DNA of 32,000 nucleotides from Gammaproteobacteria bacterium (GCA_965277405.1 OZ255726.1:1129123-1161122), one strand, 5' to 3'; counted from the stretch's first letter, positions 17,196-26,647 are shown. The notes: generated by a model not told the origin, from the sequence alone. Numbers and translations are program-made.

Positions 17196-19208
17196 ATGGG
17201 CTGTAATATAATGCCTCAAAATATACTGGCAATATTCATTGGCGTAGTGGTAATGCTCTCAGGTCAAGCATGGGCTGTAATTATTGATGTGGAAAATCCA
17301 GCTGTTGACGAGGTGTTTTTTGAAAAAGAAATGGAAAGCAGGCTTTCTCGTGATATTCAAGCATATCTTGGACATGATAGGTTTATTTTAGGTATTGATT
17401 TTAAGCTTTCTTCGTTTGCAGGCTTCGGGAGGCAAGGTAGCGATGCTGGTGATAGCGATGCTGGTGATAGAGTGGTTGTTCGTGAAATAACAACGTCATT
17501 GCCTGGTTTACCTGGTGCAGAAGTAAAATTTCAAAAAGAATTAACGGGTGAAGATATTAATAATTTGCGGGAAAATCTGCGCTTAGATGAAAGCTCGCTG
17601 GGGTCTAGAAGTCCGCTAAGCTCTGTGCTACAGCCAAGCACACAAAGTGCTAATGCGCTTGCAGGAACTGGAACTGAAGTGTTTCTTGTGTTAGATACTA
17701 CGGTGACAACGGCGCAGGAAAACTTTATCCGCGATGTAATGTCTAGAAAGTTGAGTATAGATCTAAACAAAGGTGATAGTATTCAAATCGTTCGATCTAC
17801 TTTTGAACGTGAAAGTAATAGTTCAAATACGAGCAATCAACAGCCTAATCAATTTGGAGAAAATCCTGCGCAGCAACCGCCATTATCTGGAAATCAAGTC
17901 CCCGTTGCAGGTGCAGGCGCACCAACTACTGACTCGGGAAATGTAAGTGATTCAGTAACTGATCCAACTTTGTTGCAAAAAATCAATGAACTTGAACAGG
18001 GGTTGAAGAAAGATTTTATTGAGAAAAATTTAGTTTGGATTTTACTCGGTGGCTTTGGTTTTTTATTGTTTTTTAGTCTGATATTGTTTTTGGCATCACG
18101 CAAACCGGCGCAATCAATGATGCCAGCGTATCCGCCGATGGCGCCGCCGCAAAGTCCTAGAACAGGCGCTAGTAATGCCGAAAAAAATAATGTTGATCAA
18201 ATTGAGATTGAGGGAATGCGTCATCGTGCGGTAGTGGCAGAAACTAAACGTGAGATTGCAGCGATAGGTTTAGCATCGCCCAATATTGTAAAACAAGAAA
18301 TGAACAATCTGTGGGCACAAAACCGCATGGATACGATTGCTGCTGTATATACTGGTCTTGGAAATTCAATTTATGAGTCATTGTTTGGTGGACTGTCTGC
18401 ATCTCAATCTTCAGAAATTAGTGCGTATTTATCAGAACGTGAAATCACATCGACACAATTAGAGGCACAAGTTAAAGATTTTTATTCTCGATCATTACGT
18501 GCTGCGAACGACCCTGATGGTAAGCATAAGTCGCATTCATTTGCATTCTTAAATAAAATGAGAATAGGGTCGCTGCAATTCTTGTTAAAAAATGAAAAAC
18601 CACGGGTCAAAGCCTTGGTTATTTCACAGCTTGAAAATGAAAAGGCAACGACTGTATTAAATAGTTTTGAGGATAAAGATCGAAGTAAAGTTGTTCATGA
18701 ATTAGCTCAATTTGAAGACTTTCCGTATGAGACATTTAATGAAGTTGCGCAATTATTGGTTAGAAAAGCTAAAAAAATTCCTGCTGTTAATAATGTTGGG
18801 GCAAATGGTATAAATATTTTAATTAATTTATTGGATAATATGGATAGCAGTGATGAAAGTCGCTTAATTGAAGAATTGCAAAATATGGATCCTGAGTTAC
18901 ACGATAAGCTTAAAACATTGTATTTTACTTTTAATGATCTAAGTAAAGCGCCGCTGCGTGTTATGGGTGAAGCGCTACTAGAAGTTGATAAAAGCACTAT
19001 CGCTATAGCGTTAATGCAAGCATCTGATGTTATTAGAAAACGTGTTTTAAGCAGTATGCCTAAGCGTGTTTCCCAGACTATTGAGGTTGAAATAAAAGAA
19101 ATACAAGACACTATTAAAAACGAACAGATTCAGTCTGCTCGAAAAGTGTTGTTACGCAGTATGCGTGCTTTAGTACGCAATGGTAAAATTGATATGAGTA
19201 AAATCTAA
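17196..19208 (+). CDS. Membrane-anchored FliF(C-terminal)-FliG-like fusion protein (real start possibly 17208)
   Basis: N-terminal signal-like helix. Periplasmic segments resemble FliF C-region (EKEMESRLSRDIQAYLGHDRFILGIDFKLSSF; TTAQENFIRDVMSRKLSIDLNKGDSIQIVRSTFE). TM helix NLVWILLGGFGFLLFFSLILFLA. FliG-like N, middle and C domains (LQFLLKNEKPRVKALVISQLENEKATTVLNSFEDKDRSKVVHEL; INILINLLDNMDSSDESRLIEELQNMDPELHDKLKTLYFTFNDLSKAPLRVMGEALLEVDKSTIAIALMQASDVIRKRVLSSMPKR). Confidence 0.75.
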   Translation: MGCNIMPQNILAIFIGVVVMLSGQAWAVIIDVENPAVDEVFFEKEMESRLSRDIQAYLGHDRFILGIDFKLSSFAGFGRQGSDAGDSDAGDRVVVREITTSLPGLPGAEVKFQKELTGEDINNLRENLRLDESSLGSRSPLSSVLQPSTQSANALAGTGTEVFLVLDTTVTTAQENFIRDVMSRKLSIDLNKGDSIQIVRSTFERESNSSNTSNQQPNQFGENPAQQPPLSGNQVPVAGAGAPTTDSGNVSDSVTDPTLLQKINELEQGLKKDFIEKNLVWILLGGFGFLLFFSLILFLASRKPAQSMMPAYPPMAPPQSPRTGASNAEKNNVDQIEIEGMRHRAVVAETKREIAAIGLASPNIVKQEMNNLWAQNRMDTIAAVYTGLGNSIYESLFGGLSASQSSEISAYLSEREITSTQLEAQVKDFYSRSLRAANDPDGKHKSHSFAFLNKMRIGSLQFLLKNEKPRVKALVISQLENEKATTVLNSFEDKDRSKVVHELAQFEDFPYETFNEVAQLLVRKAKKIPAVNNVGANGINILINLLDNMDSSDESRLIEELQNMDPELHDKLKTLYFTFNDLSKAPLRVMGEALLEVDKSTIAIALMQASDVIRKRVLSSMPKRVSQTIEVEIKEIQDTIKNEQIQSARKVLLRSMRALVRNGKIDMSKI

Positions 19209-19219
19209 GACTATTTTGC

Positions 19220-20011
19220 ATGCCATCCTTCGGAACAATTGGTGGCTTTATAGCAGGGATTGTACTGTTCACAACTGCTGTTAGCCAAGCCACTGATGAT
19301 TATATTATATTCCTAAGCGTCCCCAGCGTACTTTTAGTCGTTGGCGGTACGATTTCCGCAACATTTTTAAGTTTTGAGGTTAGGGATATTTTTAGTGCGT
19401 TTTTTGGTATGTTTTTTTTGTTTTTTAAGAAAAATAATGAGAAAGGTTTTAGAAAAGATATAAAGATGCTATTAGATTTTGCTAAAATACAACGAACAGA
19501 AGGAATGCTGCAAATTGAAATGCAACTTACAAGAACGCAACGTAAAGATGTTTTTATTAGCTTTGCTGTTGATTTACTATTGAGTAATTATCGTCCGGCT
19601 GAGATACGGTCAATGTTAACGGATATGGTATTAGCAAATTTTGATAAAGGTAACCTCAAGGCCTCTGTCATGCGTACAATGGGTGCGTATTCGCCTGCTT
19701 TTGGAATGATAGGTACGTTAATTGGTCTTATTATTATTCTCAGTGGATTCGGTGGAGATATATCACAACTAGGCGCTGGGCTTTCACTGGCGCTTATTTC
19801 CACCTTATATGGCGTTTTATTAGCCAATTTCACGTATTATCCTGCCGCAGAAAAATTCGCTAGAAATACTGATTTGCAACATTTTCGTGAAAAAATTTTA
19901 TTAGAAGGCTTTGTGTTGATTGCTGCAAGAAAAGGAGCGTTGGCTATACAGGATAAATTAAATAGCTTGTTAACGCCTGAATTACGCTACAAAATTAACA
20001 GTAGTCAATAA
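19220..20011 (+). CDS. MotA/PomA-like stator subunit
   Basis: SVPSVLLVVGGTISATFLSF, GNLKASVMRTMGAYSPAFGMIGTLIGLIIILSGF, LGAGLSLALISTLYGVLLANFTYYPAAEKFARN typical of MotA. Confidence 0.88.
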   Translation: MPSFGTIGGFIAGIVLFTTAVSQATDDYIIFLSVPSVLLVVGGTISATFLSFEVRDIFSAFFGMFFLFFKKNNEKGFRKDIKMLLDFAKIQRTEGMLQIEMQLTRTQRKDVFISFAVDLLLSNYRPAEIRSMLTDMVLANFDKGNLKASVMRTMGAYSPAFGMIGTLIGLIIILSGFGGDISQLGAGLSLALISTLYGVLLANFTYYPAAEKFARNTDLQHFREKILLEGFVLIAARKGALAIQDKLNSLLTPELRYKINSSQ

Positions 20012-20014
20012 GTC

Positions 20015-20713
20015 ATGGATGTGTATCCAGAAGGGGGGGTAGCTACAAGACTACAATCAAACAGCAGTGGAAAAGATGCTAGGAGGAATGAGCCTTGGCT
20101 GTTAACGTATTCAGACACGATTACTTTGCTTTTTACTTTTGTGCTGATAATTTTAAAAATTTCTTCTATTGATGTGAATAAGGCAGAAGAATTACGTGAA
20201 GGTTTATCTCAAACATTTTTAAAAAAAGATATTTCAACTGCATTTCAATCATTTTCAAAAGAAATTGAGCAAGTAACAAACATTAATCATGATTTACAGG
20301 TTGATATCACCAGTAGATACGTGACTATAGAGTTGACAAACTCAAGTATATACGATGTTGGTAGCGCTGATATTGTGAATAAAGAGATTAAAACTATACA
20401 GTCAGTAGTTGATATTCTAATACAAGACCCATACGCAAGGTATACATTAGAAGTTGAAGGACATACTGATGATGTTCCAATTAAAAACTTGGAGTTTCAG
20501 TCCAATTGGGAACTTTCAACTGCTCGAGCAACAAACATTGTTAGATATTTAGAAGAAAATGGTGTAAGTAGAGAACGGATGAAAGCAATTGGATACGCAG
20601 ATTCTAAACCATTGCCTGAGACCTTGGATATTAATGGCAATATTGTTCCTGAAAAAAGACCGTTAAATCGTAGAATTTCAATCCGTATTTCACGCTATAA
20701 AATTAATGACTAA
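20015..20713 (+). CDS. MotB-like stator subunit with OmpA-type peptidoglycan-binding domain
   Basis: EPWLLTYSDTITLLFTFVLIIL resembles the MotB TM with the ion-binding Asp (YSD); C-terminal OmpA domain YTLEVEGHTDDVPIKNLEFQSNWELSTARATNIVRYLEENG...KRPLNRRISIRI. Confidence 0.88.
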   Translation: MDVYPEGGVATRLQSNSSGKDARRNEPWLLTYSDTITLLFTFVLIILKISSIDVNKAEELREGLSQTFLKKDISTAFQSFSKEIEQVTNINHDLQVDITSRYVTIELTNSSIYDVGSADIVNKEIKTIQSVVDILIQDPYARYTLEVEGHTDDVPIKNLEFQSNWELSTARATNIVRYLEENGVSRERMKAIGYADSKPLPETLDINGNIVPEKRPLNRRISIRISRYKIND

Positions 20714-21662
20714 AAGAGTTCATCATCAACAAATACAATCACTACTAAACGCTTTACAAAATAATATTGTTGGACAAAAAAAACTATTAGAAAGATTGAT
20801 CATTGGATTATTATCTGATGGACATATATTAGTTGAAGGCGCGCCAGGGTTAGCAAAATCGCTAACTGTTGCAACATTAGCAAAGCTTATAAACTGTGAT
20901 TTTCAGCGTATTCAATTTACTCCAGATTTACTCCCCAGCGATATTACAGGGAGTGAAATCTACAAGCCGCAAACTCAAGCATTTAGCTACCAAAAAGGGC
21001 CAATATTTAGTAATTTAGTGTTAGCTGATGAAATTAATAGAGCACCAGCAAAGGTTCAATCAGCCCTGCTTGAAGCAATGTCTGAACGCCAAGTAACCAT
21101 CGGCAATACAACGTATACGTTACCAGCTTTATTTCAGGTCATGGCAACTCAAAATCCCATTGAACACGAAGGTACGTTCCAACTGCCAGAAGCACAGCTT
21201 GATAGGTTTATTATGTATGTGGCAATTGATTATCCTTCTATAGATGAAGAGTTAATGATTATGCGACTTAATCAAAAAAAGGCGGTTGAGATCACACCAG
21301 TTATTGACATTACAACTATTTTGCAAGCACGTGAGGAAGTCCGTGAGATGTATATTCACGAAAGATTATTAATGTATATTGCAGAAGTTGTCCATGCTAC
21401 GCGTACCCAAAAAAACAGAACAAGTGGCAATCAAGGCTATATAGAAATAGGTGCAGGACCAAGAGCAAGTATTGCGTTAGCAACACTGTCACGTTCTCTT
21501 GCATATCTAAGAGGTCAAGACGAGGTCACTCCAGATATTATCCAAGAGCTGTGTTATGACGTGCTCGCCCATCGAATCATTTTAAATTTTAGCTCAGAAA
21601 ACACAGTTCAACAAAAATACCAAATAATTGACGAGGTACTGAGTAGCGTGAAAATTGTATAG
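20706..21662 (+). CDS. MoxR-family AAA+ ATPase
   Basis: VEGAPGLAKSLT (Walker A), QFTPDLLPSDITG, LADEINRAPAKVQSALLEAMSERQVT, VMATQNPIEHEGTFQLPEAQLDRF. Confidence 0.95.
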   Translation: MTKRVHHQQIQSLLNALQNNIVGQKKLLERLIIGLLSDGHILVEGAPGLAKSLTVATLAKLINCDFQRIQFTPDLLPSDITGSEIYKPQTQAFSYQKGPIFSNLVLADEINRAPAKVQSALLEAMSERQVTIGNTTYTLPALFQVMATQNPIEHEGTFQLPEAQLDRFIMYVAIDYPSIDEELMIMRLNQKKAVEITPVIDITTILQAREEVREMYIHERLLMYIAEVVHATRTQKNRTSGNQGYIEIGAGPRASIALATLSRSLAYLRGQDEVTPDIIQELCYDVLAHRIILNFSSENTVQQKYQIIDEVLSSVKIV

Positions 21663-22460
21663 ATGTTTCAAGTTTTAGAAAAGCTGTCAACAGGGTGGTT
21701 AATAAATTCCGAATATATCCAAGCAGCGTATGCGTATCAGCGCAAGGTCAGTAAAAGTAGGCTACATCATACTTATGGTGCCAGCAGATTAACAAAAAAA
21801 GGAAAAGGTTCTGATTTTGATCATTTAAGGGAGTTCACTAGCAGTGATGATATTCGACATATTGCATGGAAAGCTTCGTTACGATCACAAAAAACATATA
21901 CAAAAGTATTTTCTGATGAGATTGAAGATAAGATAAAAATTTATGTGATGTTGAATGCCGAGTTGTCATTTGCTATAAAAAAAAGATCTGCAGCATTTGC
22001 TTTATATATAGCACTCCACAGCGCTGTAGAAACATGTTATAAAAAAAATATGCAATGTGAAATTTTGCTTATTCATGGCAACAATGTCATCGAGAGAGCC
22101 AAAATACGTATGCAGAAAGAAATTATCAGAACACTTAGTAGCCTTGCTAAGAAAATCAACGCTGCAATGTGTAAGTATAAAACTGGTGATTTATTTAAAA
22201 TGGATGATATAAAGATTACTCCGCATTCAATTGTTCTTACAGGTGCGCGTAATATACAGCATTACGGATTAGATAGCAGCACCCTACTGGGCAGCACACT
22301 ACTGGTAGTAGATGAAGAACCATTGCAACGAATAAGAATTATTGCCCAAACAAATTCTGGTGTGAAACAGGTTAATGTCGGCGCAAATGCCATAGACTGC
22401 GCCATCGTTGCAGATGACACTGTCGAAGATATCTATGCAAAAGTGCAAAGCTGTATATGA
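21663..22460 (+). CDS. DUF58 domain protein
   Basis: GKGSDFDHLREFTSSDDIRHIAWKASLRSQKTYTKVFSDE, the DUF58 signature. Directly abuts the moxR stop codon. Confidence 0.88.
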   Translation: MFQVLEKLSTGWLINSEYIQAAYAYQRKVSKSRLHHTYGASRLTKKGKGSDFDHLREFTSSDDIRHIAWKASLRSQKTYTKVFSDEIEDKIKIYVMLNAELSFAIKKRSAAFALYIALHSAVETCYKKNMQCEILLIHGNNVIERAKIRMQKEIIRTLSSLAKKINAAMCKYKTGDLFKMDDIKITPHSIVLTGARNIQHYGLDSSTLLGSTLLVVDEEPLQRIRIIAQTNSGVKQVNVGANAIDCAIVADDTVEDIYAKVQSCI

Positions 22461-22870
22461 AAGATGTTCATCAACCATATAATTTATATCTTTATTTAAA
22501 TATTACTTGGATTGCTATTGCAATTGTTTTCATGGTATTTCTTATAATAAGTTATATATATTTACAACGATATCTAGCAAATAGAAAAATACAGCAAACT
22601 ATACGTAGGTTGCAAGATATAGAGAGCGATGAGGTTTTTGCATTAAACATTGTGCAAGCCATCAAGCATTCAATGGATGAACATGGGATACAAAGCAATA
22701 TGCTCCATGGCGAACGCTTGTATAAAACCTTGCTTAAACATTACAAATACAAGGCAACCATCACATTAAGAGACTTTTTAATATCAACATACAAAGAACA
22801 AAAAATGATTCAGAGACATTTAGTTCTAAAAGAAATTGAGTTACTAATAAAAAGCAATGTTAGCAATTGA
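22457..22870 (+). CDS. Small single-TM protein (DUF4381-like)
   Basis: ATGA overlap with the DUF58 gene; one N-terminal TM helix then a charged cytoplasmic-type domain; position matches the DUF4381 slot in MoxR/DUF58/VWA operons. Confidence 0.55.
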   Translation: MKDVHQPYNLYLYLNITWIAIAIVFMVFLIISYIYLQRYLANRKIQQTIRRLQDIESDEVFALNIVQAIKHSMDEHGIQSNMLHGERLYKTLLKHYKYKATITLRDFLISTYKEQKMIQRHLVLKEIELLIKSNVSN

Positions 22871-23783
22871 TTGGCCGCTATTTTCTATTGTAGTAATTGG
22901 TTGCTATGTATTGTATAAATACCGAAAAACCATCCGCGTTACTAGCATCTGGTATCCATTTGTAATAGATGAGGCAACTAAAAAATCTCACTATCGTTCG
23001 TCCTTTTTATTTGCAGTGTGCTCTATATTGCTGATTGGCGGAGGTATGCGCCTGCAAAAAATAGATGAAACTGTTAGTATTAAGCAGAATTATAGGGACT
23101 TAATACTAGCAATAGACGCATCAGATAGCATGCGAGTACGCGATATGGAAATAAATAATCAGCTTTTTAGCAGATACGACGCTGTAAAATATTATATGGA
23201 TAAGTTTATCGATAAACGTCAAGGTGATCGATTAGGGTTTGTGATATTCGGATCAAAGGCATATATTCAAGCACCATTAACAGCCGATTTATCGGTGATA
23301 AAAACATACCTAGAAGAGTCATATATAGGCATTGCTGGGCCAAAGACGGCAATTGGTGATGCACTTGCCTTAGCAGTCAAACAAAAAGACAAAGATGACA
23401 CGAATCAAGCAATTATTTTAATAACAGACGGCTCAAATACATCAGGAACAATTGATCCATATCAAGCCGTAGCAATTGCAAAAAAAAAGAAGATTAAAAT
23501 ATATACCATAGCTATTGGCAATAGACGATTTTCACGAGACATAGATTTTAGGTTTCTGCAAACCGCTGCAGCATCAACCAACGGCAAGCATTTCTATGCC
23601 AGTAACGCAAATGAATTGGCATCTATTTATGCGCAACTAGATCGACTAGAACAAAATATCGAACAGTCTTCAACGTTTAGCAAGTATTTTGAGTTGTACT
23701 ATTGGTTTGTATTAGCCTTCATTATTGTGTTTATAGTGGGTTATATGTTTACTCCGTCAAGGCGTGTCAGGAAACATATATAA
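22857..23783 (+). CDS. VWA-domain membrane protein (BatA-like)
   Basis: DLILAIDASDSMRVRD (MIDAS DxSxS), FVIFGSKAYIQAPLTADLSVIKTYLEE, IILITDGSNTSGTIDPYQAVAIAKKKKIKIYTIAIG; N-terminal and C-terminal TM helices. Confidence 0.88.
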   Translation: MLAIDWPLFSIVVIGCYVLYKYRKTIRVTSIWYPFVIDEATKKSHYRSSFLFAVCSILLIGGGMRLQKIDETVSIKQNYRDLILAIDASDSMRVRDMEINNQLFSRYDAVKYYMDKFIDKRQGDRLGFVIFGSKAYIQAPLTADLSVIKTYLEESYIGIAGPKTAIGDALALAVKQKDKDDTNQAIILITDGSNTSGTIDPYQAVAIAKKKKIKIYTIAIGNRRFSRDIDFRFLQTAAASTNGKHFYASNANELASIYAQLDRLEQNIEQSSTFSKYFELYYWFVLAFIIVFIVGYMFTPSRRVRKHI

Positions 23784-23802
23784 AACAACTTTAGGCAATT
23801 TA

Positions 23803-24249
23803 ATGCGAATCATAATGGATAATAATCAATTAAAAATTGCTGGATTTAGTTTGATTGAATTGCTGATTGTAATGGTGATTGTTGCTGTACTCAGTGTTGT
23901 CGCCTTGCCAGTATACCAAACGTATGTAGGGCGAGCAAAGTTTACAGAGGTTATTCAAGCTACCGCACCATATAAAATTGCCGCAGAAATTGCATGGCAA
24001 AATACTGCAACGAGTCTAACTGATCTTGATGCTGGATCCCATGGAATTCCAGATGCAACAGGAAGTAATGACCGCGAAATAAAATCTATCACTATGGTCG
24101 CTGGAGTTATTACCGCAACAGCAAATACTGTCGTAGATGAAAACAACGCAGGAGTAACTTACGTACTTCAGGCCCACGATTTTTCAGGTGGAATCATATG
24201 GAAGGTTGATGCTGCCAACAGTAGCTGTAAAAATCTTGGCTATTGTTGA
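23803..24249 (+). CDS. Type IV prepilin-like protein (ORF track starts at GTG 23764)
   Basis: Class III signal KIAG^FSLIELLIVMVIVAVLSVVALPVYQTYVGRAKFTEV, including Glu at position +5; C-terminal Cys pair SSCKNLGYC. Confidence 0.85.
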   Translation: MRIIMDNNQLKIAGFSLIELLIVMVIVAVLSVVALPVYQTYVGRAKFTEVIQATAPYKIAAEIAWQNTATSLTDLDAGSHGIPDATGSNDREIKSITMVAGVITATANTVVDENNAGVTYVLQAHDFSGGIIWKVDAANSSCKNLGYC

Positions 24250-24408
24250 AAATGATGTTGTAAAGTTTTGTGTTTATAGCTGAAGAAGGCGTAGACTAAT
24301 AAAACTATTGCAAAAACAGCTTCCTATCTCGACAGCTTGTAGTTAGCTCCTTGAAATTTATGTAATAGCATAAACATACAAAACACTTCTATTTACAAAA
24401 TCAAAGAA

Positions 24409-26346
24409 ATGGCAAAAAATGTACTGATATGGATCGGGATTGTTCTTGGACTTGTATTTATATTAAGTCAAGAGATGAGCTTTGAGCCGGAACAAGAAAA
24501 TATTTCATATTCAGATTTCCTCACAAGTGTGCGCAATGGAAAATTATCTCAAGTCACCATAGATGGCTATACTATCTCAGGGCAATATCAAAATGGACAG
24601 GGCTTTGAAACAGTTCGACCAGCTGCGCAAGACCCTAAACTAATTGATGATTTGTACAATAATAAAGTTGAAATCGTAGGTAAGTTACCTGAGCAACCGT
24701 CGTTATGGCGACAATTGCTGGTCGCAAGTTTCCCAATAATATTGATGGTAACAATATTTATGTTAGTAATGCGCCAAATGCAAGGAGGCATGGGCGGGGG
24801 GCGATCTGGTGGACCAATGTCGTTTGGGCGCAGTAAAGCGAAATTACTCAGGTCCGATGAAGTCAAAGTAACATTTGCAGATGTTGCAGGAGTCGATGAG
24901 GCAAAAGAAGAAGTCAGTGAATTGGTTGAGTTTCTAAAAGAACCTGCAAAATTTAAAAATTTAGGTGGCAAAATACCGAAAGGGGTGTTGATGTCTGGTT
25001 TACCAGGAACAGGTAAAACCTTATTAGCGAAAGCCATCGCTGGAGAGGCAGATGTGCCATTCTTTAGCATCTCTGGATCGGATTTCGTAGAAATGTTTGT
25101 AGGTGTTGGCGCCTCAAGGGTGCGCGACATGTTTACCCAAGCTCGAAAACAATCACCATGCATTATTTTTATTGATGAGATTGATGCAGTCGGTCGTCAT
25201 CGAGGTGCAGGTATGGGCGGTGGTCACGATGAACGTGAGCAAACATTGAATCAATTGCTTGTAGAAATGGACGGCTTTGATGGACACGAAGGCGTGATTG
25301 TCATTGCCGCCACAAATAGGCCTGATGTACTTGACCCAGCACTTCTTCGACCAGGTAGATTCGACAGGCAGGTCGTAGTTGGGTTGCCAGACATCCGTGG
25401 GAGAACAGAAATTCTGCAGGTTCATACACGTAAAGTACCGATAGATAAAAATGTTAATGTTGAAGTAATCGCGCGTGCAACACCTGGTTTTTCTGGCGCT
25501 GATTTAGCAAATCTCGTGAATGAAGCTGCATTATTTTCTGCGAAAAAAGGTAGGAGAAAAGTCAGCATGGCTGAGTTTGAACAAGCTAAAGATAAAATTT
25601 TAATGGGTGCCGAACGCCGCTCGATGGTGATGAGTGACGAAGAAAAACGCAATACTGCATACCATGAGTCAGGTCATGCAATCGTTGGGAGACTGGTTCC
25701 AGAACATGATCCTGTGTATAAAGTGACTATTATTCCACGTGGTAGGGCACTTGGGGTAACAATGTTCTTGCCAGAAAAAGATAAATACAGCCATAGTAAA
25801 CGTGCAATTGAGAGTCAGATTGCTAGCTTATTTGGTGGGCGAGTAGCGGAAGAATTGACGTTAGGAAGTGATGGTATAACTACAGGTGCATCGAACGATA
25901 TTGAACGCGCCACCAGTCTGGCAAGGAATATGGTTACAAAATGGGGGTTATCTGAGGCAATTGGACCGTTACATTTTGGTGAAGAGAATGAAAATCCATT
26001 TTTGGGCTATTCAGCAGCAAAACAACAAAGCCCAATTGCTAGTGATACAGCAAATAAAATTGATGCCGAAGTAAAGCGCATCATTCAACAATCACACGTT
26101 CGGGCTAAAAAAATTCTGGTTGACAATCGTGATATTTTAGAACTTATGTCGGATGCGCTGATGGAGTATGAAACGCTTGAGTCGAAGCAGATTGACGATA
26201 TTATGAAGAGGATTAAACCCAAGCCCATAGATGAATATAAAGATGATGATAGCGGTAGCGCATCTTCAACAGTTAATAAGCAGAAAAAACCTAAAGCAAT
26301 GAAAACTGATGACTATAAAGGCACAGGGGACCCATCAGTTGCTTAG
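24409..26346 (+). CDS. ftsH: ATP-dependent zinc metalloprotease FtsH
   Basis: [50 protein letters not shown] region RPGRFDRQV, zinc motif HESGHAIV. Confidence 0.98.
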   Translation: MAKNVLIWIGIVLGLVFILSQEMSFEPEQENISYSDFLTSVRNGKLSQVTIDGYTISGQYQNGQGFETVRPAAQDPKLIDDLYNNKVEIVGKLPEQPSLWRQLLVASFPIILMVTIFMLVMRQMQGGMGGGRSGGPMSFGRSKAKLLRSDEVKVTFADVAGVDEAKEEVSELVEFLKEPAKFKNLGGKIPKGVLMSGLPGTGKTLLAKAIAGEADVPFFSISGSDFVEMFVGVGASRVRDMFTQARKQSPCIIFIDEIDAVGRHRGAGMGGGHDEREQTLNQLLVEMDGFDGHEGVIVIAATNRPDVLDPALLRPGRFDRQVVVGLPDIRGRTEILQVHTRKVPIDKNVNVEVIARATPGFSGADLANLVNEAALFSAKKGRRKVSMAEFEQAKDKILMGAERRSMVMSDEEKRNTAYHESGHAIVGRLVPEHDPVYKVTIIPRGRALGVTMFLPEKDKYSHSKRAIESQIASLFGGRVAEELTLGSDGITTGASNDIERATSLARNMVTKWGLSEAIGPLHFGEENENPFLGYSAAKQQSPIASDTANKIDAEVKRIIQQSHVRAKKILVDNRDILELMSDALMEYETLESKQIDDIMKRIKPKPIDEYKDDDSGSASSTVNKQKKPKAMKTDDYKGTGDPSVA

Positions 26347-26570
26347 TATAAAATCAGTTGATTATTTTTGATTATATTTATCAAAGGTTCCTTCATAGTT
26401 GAAAATTACAGTAAAAAGCCACAGATATTTTGAAAATTAGCAATTTTTATTTAGATTTATATGTAAAATTCATCCTTTTTAAACCTATTATTCAGTAACA
26501 ACTATGATATACACCAATTATGGTGCATACAGAGATAACTGGGTTACATGGTTTTTGTGTCTTACAATAT

Positions 26571-26647
26571 AGGCGCGTAGCTCAGTTGGTTAGAGCACTA
26601 CCTTGACATGGTAGGGGTCGTTGGTTCGATTCCAATCGCGCCTACCA
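26571..26647 (+). tRNA. tRNA-Val (anticodon GAC)
   Basis: Acceptor AGGCGCG/CGCGCCT, anticodon stem-loop CTACC-TTGACAT-GGTAG, T arm GTTGG-TTCGATT-CCAAT, encoded ACCA end. Confidence 0.95.

Noticed and set aside
19220-20713. MotA/MotB-like pair as the ZorA/ZorB part of a Zorya anti-phage system
   Set aside because: The MotA-like protein is short (263 aa) with no long cytoplasmic tail. No ZorC, ZorD or ZorE-type gene follows, and a FliG-like protein lies directly upstream.
17196-20713. Ordinary flagellar locus
   Set aside because: No fliE, fliM, fliN, flh, flg or fliC-type genes are present. The fusion protein and the MoxR/VWA/prepilin neighbours do not fit flagellar gene order. A flagellar set elsewhere in the genome cannot be excluded from this window.
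24588-25163. 191-aa minus-strand ORF inside ftsH
   Set aside because: Antisense to a strongly conserved ftsH coding region; no independent evidence.
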